From: an uncultured Chloroflexia bacterium
Lineage (GTDB): Bacteria > Chloroflexota > Limnocylindria > Limnocylindrales > CSP1-4
Length of the DNA stretch: 33,544 bases
Direction: 5' to 3'
Assembly (NCBI GenBank): GCA_963752475.1
Contig: CAVVYR010000024.1
Location: 1-33,544, forward strand
Of this stretch, positions 8,769 through 17,456 are shown piece after piece; position 1 is the first letter of the stretch; each line of letters opens with the position of its first letter. The notes beneath the pieces are model-generated. The model did not search any database, had not been told where the DNA came from, and saw nothing but the letters and a program-made list of their open reading frames with translations. Both the position numbers and the translations under genes were made by a program.

Positions 8769-10919
8769 TCAGCCGCCGAGGTTCGGCCAGGTGATGGTGA
8801 TCCAGCCGTCAGGACCCTCGGTCACGACGCGCTCGCCGAGTGCGGCCGCATCGGCCAGGCTCGGATCGCGCGCGATGAGCTCGAGGAACTCATCGCTGCC
8901 GACCTCGACGACAGGTGCGTCGGTGCCCTCTTCGTAGTCGTCGCGCGTCCACGTGTCGTCGACGAAGTAGTAGGAGTGCGAACCCACGACCTCGGTCGTC
9001 ATGATCGTGTTGGCCCGGAACTCGGCCTCCTCGCGCATCTCACCCACGGACTTGGCTGCCTGCACCGCGGAGGCACCCGAGGCCGGCGCACTCGCCACCA
9101 CCTCGGCCTCGTCCATGGCCATCTCGAGCATGGCGTCGTCGCCGTCGGCCGCGAACAACCGTCGTGCATCGGGCTCCTCGGCCAGATAGGCCGTGTAGGG
9201 GGTCACGATGCCGAACTGGTTGGCGATCTCCACGACCTCCTCGACCAGCGTGTCACGGACGCCTTCGATGCGCAGCTCGGTCATGAGGTCGGCCACGCGG
9301 CGCTGGGCCCATAGCTGGGAGATGGCGGGATCGTCGGTGTCGCGCTCGGGGAAGAGGACGTCGTAGGCGAACGTCTCGGGTCCGTTGGCGGAGCTGCCGG
9401 TGATTGTGACGGTGGCCTCGCCGGCGCCGTCGTAGCGGCCCGCGAGCAACGCCTGGCTGCCGGCGAAGATGCCGGGCACGCCGGCCGGAGCCATGTCGAA
9501 GGTGTCGACGCCGTCGATGACGATCTCGATATCGGCCAGGACGGGCGTCGAGACCATCTCCCACAAGCGAGCGACCTCGGTATCGATGCGCTGCTCGGGA
9601 GTGACGTAGTGGCTGGAGCCGGTGAATTCGGTCGCCAGCGCGTCGAGCAAGACGGTGTCCACGTCGTAGCCCACGCCGAAGGCGAAGAGCTGCGTGCGCT
9701 CGGGCGCGTTGCGCTCGACCAGCTCGAGGATGCCCTCGGCCGACTCGATGCCGACCGTGGCCAGACCGTCGGTCAGGAACACGATGGTGGCCGGGCGCTC
9801 CCCGTCGAGGAACTCCATGGCCGTCTCGAGAGCACCGCTGATGTTGGTGTTGCCGCCGGCGCTCAGGTCGCGCACGTAGTCGATGCCCTCATCGGCATCG
9901 GAGGCGGGATGGAGCTCGTCCGCGAACGTACGGATGTAGCGGGAGAAGTCGACCACCGCGAAACGGTCGTCCGCGCCCAGGTTGTCGAGCACGTACTCGG
10001 CCGCGTCACGGGCCTGGCTCATCTTCTCGCCCTCCATCGATCCGGAGCGGTCGAGCACCAGCACCACGTCGCGCGCGACGGTCTCGTCGAGTTCGACCAC
10101 GGGTGCGAAGAGAAGGTTGAAGTAGCCGTCGTCGCCCGACTCTCGGTAAGTCAGGAGGCGGGTATCGATGAGGCCTTCGCCCCCTGAGAGGTAAAGGCGG
10201 AAGTCGGTGCCGGGGGTCCAATCGTCGGCTGACTCCCAACCGACGCCGATCTCACCCGCGCCACGCCGCTCCTCGTCGAGGTCGAAGCCGGGCGCGATGG
10301 CCGAGCGGACCTCCCAAGGCACGTCGACGTCGACACTCACCATCCCGCTCGCGGGACGTGGCGACATGCCCGACCAGGGCACCTCCACGATGGCCTGCTC
10401 GCCCTCGGCCAGCAGCGGCGTGGTCACGGTGAAGCTGACCGAACGCTCTTCACCCGCAGGCACGGGGAAGGCCCGCACCTCGTACAGGTCGCCCTCGAGC
10501 GAGCGCAGCAACGCGGGGTCGATGAGACGACGGACGATGTCCTCGTAGATGCGCGTGGCATCGTCGGAGTCGAGCAGCTTGCCCTCCAGGGTCTCGGGGC
10601 CACCGGAGAGCACGAGGTCGGTCACCGAGCTGCCGGCCGGGACCGGGAAGACGATGCGGCCCTCGGCGCCTGGGCCACCGCGGCCGGGCTCTGCCGGGTT
10701 CGAGAGATCGAAGCGATAGCGGGCGATGCTCACGCCATCGTTGACCTCGATGCCGGCCTCGATACCGTCGAGCTGTGCCATCTCCGTCACCGGCCACCAG
10801 CAGCCAGGACAGTCGGGCGGCATCGGCGGCTCGATGATGACGTCTTGCGCGCGGCCGGCGGCCGGTAGCAGGAACAGCGCCGCCAGCGCGATGACGATGA
10901 TCCGGGACAGGGAACGCAT
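8769..10919 (-). CDS. secreted VIT + von Willebrand factor A domain protein (inter-alpha-trypsin inhibitor heavy chain-like)
   Basis: Signal peptide GRA|QDV; VIT-like N-domain (EGRIVFPVP…A.RIYEDIVRR..DPALL); MIDAS DRSGSM…GNT…LTDG; LWAQRRV and IVTPYTAYL C-terminal motifs. Confidence 0.93.
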   Translation of the reverse strand: MRSLSRIIVIALAALFLLPAAGRAQDVIIEPPMPPDCPGCWWPVTEMAQLDGIEAGIEVNDGVSIARYRFDLSNPAEPGRGGPGAEGRIVFPVPAGSSVTDLVLSGGPETLEGKLLDSDDATRIYEDIVRRLIDPALLRSLEGDLYEVRAFPVPAGEERSVSFTVTTPLLAEGEQAIVEVPWSGMSPRPASGMVSVDVDVPWEVRSAIAPGFDLDEERRGAGEIGVGWESADDWTPGTDFRLYLSGGEGLIDTRLLTYRESGDDGYFNLLFAPVVELDETVARDVVLVLDRSGSMEGEKMSQARDAAEYVLDNLGADDRFAVVDFSRYIRTFADELHPASDADEGIDYVRDLSAGGNTNISGALETAMEFLDGERPATIVFLTDGLATVGIESAEGILELVERNAPERTQLFAFGVGYDVDTVLLDALATEFTGSSHYVTPEQRIDTEVARLWEMVSTPVLADIEIVIDGVDTFDMAPAGVPGIFAGSQALLAGRYDGAGEATVTITGSSANGPETFAYDVLFPERDTDDPAISQLWAQRRVADLMTELRIEGVRDTLVEEVVEIANQFGIVTPYTAYLAEEPDARRLFAADGDDAMLEMAMDEAEVVASAPASGASAVQAAKSVGEMREEAEFRANTIMTTEVVGSHSYYFVDDTWTRDDYEEGTDAPVVEVGSDEFLELIARDPSLADAAALGERVVTEGPDGWITITWPNLGG

Positions 10920-10950
10920 GGTCGTACCTCTTTGCGGTGGGTACGGCTAT

Positions 10951-10976
10951 GACGTCGGCGGCACCGCTGCGGTTCC
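10951..10976 (-). promoter_or_regulatory. ECF sigma factor-like promoter for the VIT-vWA gene
   Basis: Minus strand GGAAC-N17-CGTC about 30 nt upstream of the ATG; matches the general ECF AAC/CGT consensus. Confidence 0.55.
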
Positions 10977-10977
10977 T

Positions 10978-11823
10978 TCAGCTGGTGCGTGGAGGCCCCA
11001 GGCGGATGAAATCGCGAAGCTCGGCCACGCTCATGCGGCCGGGGTAGATGTGCTCGTGCCACCAGGTCACACCAGCCTCGGCGTACGGAGCCACGAGCCT
11101 GGAGTCAGCCTCGGGCTCGCCGCTGAGCAGCCCGGCATGGACGAGGTCGAACGGACCGTCGTCCTGGCGCTCGGCCTCGACGAAGGCCCTCACCTCCGAT
11201 ATCTCCTCGGCTGTCATCTGGTACTCGAAGCCGGCTCCGGCCTTGAGGGGGAAGACGCCGTCCCAGGCGGCCGCACGACGCATGGGACGTCTGTTGGGCC
11301 AGGTACCGGCGACCCAGATCGGGATCCGCGGCCGCTGCAGCGGGCGTGGCAGGAACGGCTCCGTGACGGCATGGATGTACTCGCCCTCGAAGTCGACGGG
11401 CTCACCCGACCAGAGTCGGTCGAGCAAGGCCAGGCTCTCGTCGAGGATGCGGGCACGGATCCGCGGATCGGCCTCATCGCCGAAGGCCGCGAACTCGCGC
11501 TCGTCGTTGGCGCCCAGCCCGACGCCCAGGATGAGTCGGCCACCGGAGAGGTGGTCCAGGGCCACGGTCTCGCGAGCCAGCTTGGTCATCCGGCGGCGCG
11601 CCAGGGGCGTGACCATCGGACCCAGGATGAGGCGCTCGGTACGGACGGCCGCGGCCGACAGGGCGATCCAGGGATCGGTCACCTCGGGCTCGTGATCGGT
11701 CGCGAGGTGATCCCACAGGAAGAAGCCGTCCCAGCCTGCACCCTCCGCGGCCACCGCGACGTCCGCCAGCAGATCGGGGTCGGCATACTCCCCGAAGATC
11801 GACAGGTCCAAGCCGAAGCGCAT
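10978..11823 (-). CDS. LLM-class (luciferase-like) flavin-dependent oxidoreductase
   Basis: AEGAGWDGFFLWDH, DPWIALSAAAVRTERL, LDHLSGGRLILGVGLG, PLQRPRIPIWVAG. Confidence 0.92.
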   Translation of the reverse strand: MRFGLDLSIFGEYADPDLLADVAVAAEGAGWDGFFLWDHLATDHEPEVTDPWIALSAAAVRTERLILGPMVTPLARRRMTKLARETVALDHLSGGRLILGVGLGANDEREFAAFGDEADPRIRARILDESLALLDRLWSGEPVDFEGEYIHAVTEPFLPRPLQRPRIPIWVAGTWPNRRPMRRAAAWDGVFPLKAGAGFEYQMTAEEISEVRAFVEAERQDDGPFDLVHAGLLSGEPEADSRLVAPYAEAGVTWWHEHIYPGRMSVAELRDFIRLGPPRTS

Positions 11824-11892
11824 GTTGCATCCTTTGGGTTCAGGTGGATCGTTCGCTCTGCTCGAGTGTGATGCACCGGCGAAGAGCGAAGG

Positions 11893-12270
11893 TCAGGGCG
11901 CGTCCTCTCGCAGCTGGACGAAGACGCCGCGGGATGGCTCCTCGCCGACGACGCGCGTGACGTGGCCGGTGCCGCTCAGGTCCTCGAGCAGCGCGACGTC
12001 GCCGGGGCCCATGTGACGGATCTGGCCGTCGCCGACCTCGACCTCCAAGCGGCCGCCGAGGTTGAAGTAGAGCTGCCGTCGGGGGCTGGGGTGCCAGTCA
12101 CCGAACCAGCCGGCCGGGAACTCGAAGAGGAGCGCGCGCTCCGCGGGCAACGGCGCCGAGACATCGAACGGCGGCGCGGGTGGCGCGAAGTCGGCGGGCT
12201 CGAGAGCGATGTCGATGTCCTCGAAGTGCGAGGTGCCGCCGTCATCAGCCCAGATGCGGGTGACCCTCAC
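11893..12270 (-). CDS. cupin domain protein
   Basis: GTG 12270 gives MRVTRIWADDGGTSHFED; cupin motifs WHPSPRRQ and GDVALLEDLSGTGH; the ORF-track extension to 12369 overlaps the upstream gene. Confidence 0.85.
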   Translation of the reverse strand: MRVTRIWADDGGTSHFEDIDIALEPADFAPPAPPFDVSAPLPAERALLFEFPAGWFGDWHPSPRRQLYFNLGGRLEVEVGDGQIRHMGPGDVALLEDLSGTGHVTRVVGEEPSRGVFVQLREDAP

Positions 12271-12277
12271 GGCAGCG

Positions 12278-12988
12278 TCATCGGCTGAAAGCGGGGTGTC
12301 CCGCGTCGAGGACCTCGGCATAGACCGTGGACGGCGCAGCGTACGAGCCCAGGAGCGCCTCCAGGTCACGGACCGCCCGGTCGATGTCGTCTGGCGCGGC
12401 GTCGTGGTGACCCTCGATGGTGATGAGGATCTCGGCCGTGTCCTCGCGTGCCGCGCTCGCCTTCGATTGGCGCCAGCACCAACGGCGCGCGCTCACGCGC
12501 TCATCGTCGTCGCTGAAGATGACCTCGCCCGGCTCCGGGTGGGCCGTCTGGCTCGAGCCGAGGTCGGCCCAGGCCTCCCCGCCATGGGCCAGGCGCACCG
12601 TCGTGCCGCCGCTCACGTCGCGCTGATCGAAGACCGCCACCGGCAGGGCATAGCGGATGCTGACGAGGTTGGCCAGGTCGACAAGGGCGTTGACCGAGGG
12701 CAGCTCGCCCTCCTTGGTGAGGCGCCGCAGCAAGGCCTCGGCAGCCGAGCGGTACTTGGTGGGGTTGACGCCGAAGCCGCGGAACACGCCGCGCCAGGCA
12801 GCCAGGGTCGGCAGCTCCGAAAGCGGCGTCTCACCGATGCGCTCGCGCACCGAGGCCTGCTCGGCGTGGAAGGCCGCGCTGAGCTCGGCAGGGGCGGGAC
12901 GGTTCCTTACGCCGTCTGCGTGGATGACCCCGCCGACGACATTCGGGAACCGCTCGAGGACCTCGTGGTCGTAGCCGAACCGCGCCAT
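12278..12988 (-). CDS. stand-alone B3/B4 domain protein (PheRS beta editing-domain-like)
   Basis: AWRGVFRGFGVNPTKYRSAAEALLRR, VNALVDLANLVSIRYALPV..FD, RRWCWRQS. Confidence 0.9.
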   Translation of the reverse strand: MARFGYDHEVLERFPNVVGGVIHADGVRNRPAPAELSAAFHAEQASVRERIGETPLSELPTLAAWRGVFRGFGVNPTKYRSAAEALLRRLTKEGELPSVNALVDLANLVSIRYALPVAVFDQRDVSGGTTVRLAHGGEAWADLGSSQTAHPEPGEVIFSDDDERVSARRWCWRQSKASAAREDTAEILITIEGHHDAAPDDIDRAVRDLEALLGSYAAPSTVYAEVLDAGHPAFSR

Positions 12989-13005
12989 GCCCAGAGTCTA
13001 ATGGG

Positions 13006-14343
13006 CTAGCTCGACGCCTCGCGACCCGCCACGATGTCGGTCGGGGCCTTGCCCTGCAGCGCATGAGCGGCCATCACGGCGGCGCCGAAGGCCGTCGTCT
13101 CAGGTTCGGTCACGCGAGCCATCGGCCGCTCGTAGGCCGCGCTGCGCAACTCGCGCCAGAAGGGAACGCGCGTGGGATGTCCGGCTGCGAGCACCAGCTC
13201 GTAGGGCCGCCCGGAGGCAGCTTCGAGCTTCGCGATGATGGCCGCCGAGCGCTGCGCCAACCCCTCGAGCACGGCGCGCATGACGGTCGCGCGGTCGGCG
13301 TCGTAGGGCACGGCATCGAGGCGACCGAGACGCAGGTCGTCGGTGACTTCGAAGCCGACGCCACTGCTGTCCGCTCTGGCCACCGCTTCGTACATGGCCT
13401 CGTCCTCCACGCCATCGAAGAGCAGTGCCCGCCACTGCTGGAAGAAGTGCCCGGAGTGGATGTTGATGTGGGCGTACCAGGTGTCGTCGTCGACGTAGCA
13501 GCCCTGATCGATGCCCCTGGCAGCCTCGCCCTCGAGGGGCGCCTTCAGCAACGACAGGTGCGCCTCCGAGGTACCCGCCGAGAGATAGAGCTCTCGCGTC
13601 GAGCGCACGCCGGCGCCGTAGGCACCGCAGAGGTGATCGTGACCACCGCTCACGAGGGCTGTTCCCGGTGGCAGGCCGACCTGCCGCGCCAACACGGGAT
13701 CGAACTCACCGATGACGGTCCGTCCCGGGACGAGGCGTGGCCACTCCAGCTCGATGGCCGTAGCTTCGATGGTGGCCCGATCCCAGGTCCGCTCGACGAT
13801 GTCGAAGGCACCGGCACGAGAGGCGTGCGACCAGTCCATCACGAGGTCGGCGCCGAGGCCGTGCAGCACGTAGTCGCCGAGGTCGGTCCAGGTCACGGCG
13901 CGTTCCAGCGTCTCCGGCCGCTGGTCGCGGATCCAGAGCAGCTTGAAGAGCGAGAACGTGGCGTCAGGCGGCCAGCGGCGCGTGAGCGGCAGCTCACCTC
14001 CCGGCCCACGCATGTAGGTGGCGGCCTCCTCGAGGCCACGTGGGTCGTACCAGGTGATGGCGTCGTCGGTGGGCCGACCCTCGGCATCGAGCAGCACGAC
14101 CTCCTCGCCCACGCTGGCGACGCAGACCGCATCGACCGAAGCTCCGGCCGGCAACCGGCGGACGGTGGAGCCCATCAGTTCGAGCACGGTCTCGAGCACC
14201 TGCGCCGGACGATGGGCCTCGCCGGCGTCGTCGCGCAGCACCGGGGTGGGGGCGGACTCGACCGCCAGTGTTCGGCCGGTCCCGATCTCGAGCGCCAGGA
14301 CCTTCGTGTGCGTGGTGCCCACGTCGATCCCCAGGGTGATCAT
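13006..14343 (-). CDS. FGGY family carbohydrate kinase
   Basis: MITLGIDVGTT start (ATGA overlap with the pfkB stop), AITWYDPR, KLLWIR, GGHDH, SAGTS. Confidence 0.9.
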   Translation of the reverse strand: MITLGIDVGTTHTKVLALEIGTGRTLAVESAPTPVLRDDAGEAHRPAQVLETVLELMGSTVRRLPAGASVDAVCVASVGEEVVLLDAEGRPTDDAITWYDPRGLEEAATYMRGPGGELPLTRRWPPDATFSLFKLLWIRDQRPETLERAVTWTDLGDYVLHGLGADLVMDWSHASRAGAFDIVERTWDRATIEATAIELEWPRLVPGRTVIGEFDPVLARQVGLPPGTALVSGGHDHLCGAYGAGVRSTRELYLSAGTSEAHLSLLKAPLEGEAARGIDQGCYVDDDTWYAHINIHSGHFFQQWRALLFDGVEDEAMYEAVARADSSGVGFEVTDDLRLGRLDAVPYDADRATVMRAVLEGLAQRSAAIIAKLEAASGRPYELVLAAGHPTRVPFWRELRSAAYERPMARVTEPETTAFGAAVMAAHALQGKAPTDIVAGREASS

Positions 14344-15290
14344 CGGTCGGATACCTGCTCGACGCGGACGCGTGCCCGCCAAGCCTCACGCTCGAAGTCG
14401 GGTGGCAGCTCGGGGGGCAGATGCGTGGCACCGGACGTGCCGCAGGCGACACCGAGCGCGATCGCGTCACGCGGGGCCAGCCCTTCCTCGATGCCCACGA
14501 CCAGACCGGCCAGGAAGAGATCCCCGGAGCCGGTCGGGTTGACCTCCTCGATCTGGGGCGCGACGGCATGCACGACGCCGTCGCCATCGGCCAGCAACGC
14601 ACCCTCGGCGCCCATGGTCACGACCACGACCTCGATCCCGTGCTCACGGATGCGCTGCATCTCGGCGCCCAGCTCGACGATACCCATCGGTGCGTCGGGA
14701 TCGGCGGCACCCAACAGCTCCAGCAGCTCGCGGCGGTTGCACTTGAGCATCCATGGCCGGCTGGCGAAGGCCACGCGCAGGGCCTCGCTATGGATGTCGA
14801 CGACCGTGCGCGATCCGGCTGTGCGGCCGATCTCGAGGATCTCGGCCACGACGCTGGCTGGCACGCTGTCGGGCAGGCTGCCAGAGATGACGAGCAGGTC
14901 GTCCGCGGCAGCGTCGGCCAGGATGTCATCGAGGAGGCGGCCGATCTCGGCTTCTGTCACGGCCGGGCCGGGCTCGTTGAGCACGGTCGTCCGTTCGGCA
15001 TCGGGCTCGACGACGACGAAGCAGACGCGGGTGCCGGCAGCGATGGTCGTGTGGCGATCCTCGACCCCATCGGCGGCGATGAATCCGCGCAGCGACTCAC
15101 CCACGTCGCCACCGAGGAACCCATAGGCCGCGGCCGACGCTCCCAGGCGCAAGGCGGCCCGGGCCACGTTGAAGCCCTTGCCGCCGGGGACCACCGAGAC
15201 CTGCACCGCCCGGTTGACCGCGCCCAGTCGGAGCGGCGGCCAGGTCGAGATGCGGTCCATGGCCGGGTTGGCGCCGACGACGCGAATCAT
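14340..15290 (-). CDS. PfkB family 1-phosphofructokinase/tagatose-6-phosphate kinase-like hexose kinase
   Basis: NPAMD, PGGKGFNVARA, SGSLP, KCNRREL, VTMGAEGA, NPTGSGD. Confidence 0.93.
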   Translation of the reverse strand: MIRVVGANPAMDRISTWPPLRLGAVNRAVQVSVVPGGKGFNVARAALRLGASAAAYGFLGGDVGESLRGFIAADGVEDRHTTIAAGTRVCFVVVEPDAERTTVLNEPGPAVTEAEIGRLLDDILADAAADDLLVISGSLPDSVPASVVAEILEIGRTAGSRTVVDIHSEALRVAFASRPWMLKCNRRELLELLGAADPDAPMGIVELGAEMQRIREHGIEVVVVTMGAEGALLADGDGVVHAVAPQIEEVNPTGSGDLFLAGLVVGIEEGLAPRDAIALGVACGTSGATHLPPELPPDFEREAWRARVRVEQVSDR

Positions 15291-15718
15291 GGTCCGGGCT
15301 CCCAGTCGGGCTCGGCCAGCTCGAAGCCGGTGAAGTCGAAGCCCGGCGAAACGGTGCAGCCCACGAGCGTCCAGGCCCCGAGGGGCTCGGCCGTCTGCCA
15401 GTCTCCCGCGGGCACGACGAGCTGTGGTCGATGATCGGCACCCAGATCAGGCCCGAGGATGTGGCGCTCAGCAGGTGCATCGCCGGACCCCGACGCGATC
15501 GAGAGCGCAAGGGGGTCACCCGCGTAGTAGTGCCAGACCTCGGCCGCATCGACACGGTGCCAGTGGGAACGCTCACCGGCGCGCAGGAGGTAGTAGATGG
15601 CCGTGCCCGCTGGCCGCTCCCCTGCCCCTGCTTCGGCTCGCCAAGTCTCAGCGTAGTGCCCGCCCTCGGGGTGTGGTCGGAGCCCCAGCTCGGTGATGAT
15701 CTCGTGGGGGTCTCGCAT
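15287..15718 (-). CDS. cupin_5 (DUF985, YML079W/Cff1-like) protein
   Basis: LGLRPHPEGGHYAET, TAIYYLL, SHWHRVDAAEVWHYYAG, LVGCTVSPGFDF. Confidence 0.93.
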   Translation of the reverse strand: MRDPHEIITELGLRPHPEGGHYAETWRAEAGAGERPAGTAIYYLLRAGERSHWHRVDAAEVWHYYAGDPLALSIASGSGDAPAERHILGPDLGADHRPQLVVPAGDWQTAEPLGAWTLVGCTVSPGFDFTGFELAEPDWEPGP

Positions 15719-15770
15719 GGACCAAGCCTAGCCCGATGGGCTGGACACGGCGTGTAGTGTGAGTCGGCCC

Positions 15771-17078
15771 ATGACGAGTCCCCCCGCCAACGGACACACC
15801 GCCGGCCAGATCCAGCGTGTCTACCTGCTGCTCACGCTGCTGACCACGCTGGCCGCCTCGTTCATCTGGGGCGTCAACACGCTCTTCCTGCTCGATGCCG
15901 GGCTCAGCAACACCGAGGCCTTCGCGGCCAACGCCTTCTTCAGCGTCGGCATGGTCATCTTCGAGGTCCCGACCGGCGTCATCGCCGACACCCGCGGCCG
16001 GCGCCTCTCGTTCATGCTCGGTGCCGGCACGCTGCTGCTCTCGACGCTGCTGTACCTCGTGATGTGGCAGGTCTCGGCGCCGTTCGTGGGCTGGGCGCTG
16101 GCCTCGATCCTGCTCGGCCTCGGCTTCACCTTCTTCAGCGGCGCGACGGAGGCCTGGCTGGTAGACGCGCTCGGCGCGACGGGCTTCAAGGGCAACCTCG
16201 AGACGGTCTTCGGCCGTGGCCAGACGATCGCCGGTGTGGCCATGCTGAGCGGCTCAGTGCTCGGTGGCGTGGTGGCCCAGATGAGCAACCTCGGCGTGCC
16301 CTACGTGTTGCGCGCGATCTTGCTCGGCGTAGCGCTGCTGGCCGCGTTCTGGTTCATGCGCGACCTGGGCTTCAAGCCCAAGACCGACGTGAGCACGCGG
16401 GAAGCGCTGGGCGACATCACGCGCGGCTCCATCGACGGCGGGCTGCGCAATCGGCCCGTGCGCTGGATGATGCTGGCCGCGCCGTTCACCGGCGGCATCG
16501 GCATCTATGCGTTCTACGCCATGCAGCCCTACCTGCTCGAGCTCTACGGCGACCCTAACGCCTACTCCATCGCTGGCCTGGCTGCGGCCATCGTGGCCGG
16601 TGCCCAGATCGTGGGCGGCCTGTCGGTACCCATCGCGCGGCGCTTCTTCAACCTGCGCACGAACGCCATCTTCCTGGCGGTGGCGCTGGAGTCGATCATC
16701 CTCGTGGCCATCGCCGTCGTCGGCTTCAATATGGACGACATGGGCATGACCGCCTTCTACCTGGCCATCGCGCTGCTCGTGGCCTGGGCCCTGGTAGCCG
16801 CCATCGCGGGACCGATCCGCCAAGCCTTCCTCAACGGCGTCATCCCCTCCGAGCAGCGCGCGACGGTGCTCTCGTTCGACTCCCTGATGAGCTCGCTCGG
16901 CGGCGTCGTGGCGCAGCCTGCTCTGGGACGCGTGGCCGACATGTCCGGCTACGCGGCGTCGTACATGGTCTCCGGTGCGGTCAGCGCGCTGGCGCTGCCG
17001 TTCATCTTCATGGCCAAGCGCGAGGGGGCTCCGTCCGACCCCATCGACGTCCTGGAACCCACCTCCTCGGAGGGCTGA
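15771..17078 (+). CDS. MFS transporter
   Basis: About 12 hydrophobic segments; EVPTGVIADTRGRR MFS motif; IPSEQRATVLS; start ATG 15771 or GTG 15759. Confidence 0.92.
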   Translation: MTSPPANGHTAGQIQRVYLLLTLLTTLAASFIWGVNTLFLLDAGLSNTEAFAANAFFSVGMVIFEVPTGVIADTRGRRLSFMLGAGTLLLSTLLYLVMWQVSAPFVGWALASILLGLGFTFFSGATEAWLVDALGATGFKGNLETVFGRGQTIAGVAMLSGSVLGGVVAQMSNLGVPYVLRAILLGVALLAAFWFMRDLGFKPKTDVSTREALGDITRGSIDGGLRNRPVRWMMLAAPFTGGIGIYAFYAMQPYLLELYGDPNAYSIAGLAAAIVAGAQIVGGLSVPIARRFFNLRTNAIFLAVALESIILVAIAVVGFNMDDMGMTAFYLAIALLVAWALVAAIAGPIRQAFLNGVIPSEQRATVLSFDSLMSSLGGVVAQPALGRVADMSGYAASYMVSGAVSALALPFIFMAKREGAPSDPIDVLEPTSSEG

Positions 17079-17090
17079 GCCCGCGGCCGG

Positions 17091-17456
17091 TCAGGGCGTG
17101 TTGGGATGCTTCTCGGCCGCTTCACGAACGTAGGCGGTGACAAGCTCGGCGTCCACATCCTGGGCTCTCTGGTAGTCCGCCTGAGCGGCGGTGCTGGTGC
17201 CGACACGCAGGATCCCGGCGGGGTCATCCAGCTCCGTGCCGTAGAGGAAGCGCAGGTTGACCGTCGCCTTGGAGACACCGATAGCCACGACCCACTCGTG
17301 CCATCGCTGTGCGAACGTGTAGACGAGCATCTTGTAGGTGAGCTTGCAGTCGAGGTCGATACCGGCAGCATCGATGGCGGCGGCGAGGGCACGGACGGTC
17401 CCGCGTGCATCCTCACGTACGGTCGGCAGATAGGCTTCGAGCAGGGTTTCAGCCAT
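17091..17456 (-). CDS. DUF1801/YdhG-like small protein
   Basis: VNLRFLYGTELDDPAGIL motif typical of DUF1801; ATG 17456 overlaps the PNP stop. Confidence 0.7.
   Translation of the reverse strand: MAETLLEAYLPTVREDARGTVRALAAAIDAAGIDLDCKLTYKMLVYTFAQRWHEWVVAIGVSKATVNLRFLYGTELDDPAGILRVGTSTAAQADYQRAQDVDAELVTAYVREAAEKHPNTP

Noticed and set aside
13063-15126. 687-aa plus-strand ORF and other long antisense ORFs (e.g. 18307-19707, 1570-2790)
   Set aside because: Shadow ORFs expected at high GC opposite genes with clear family motifs
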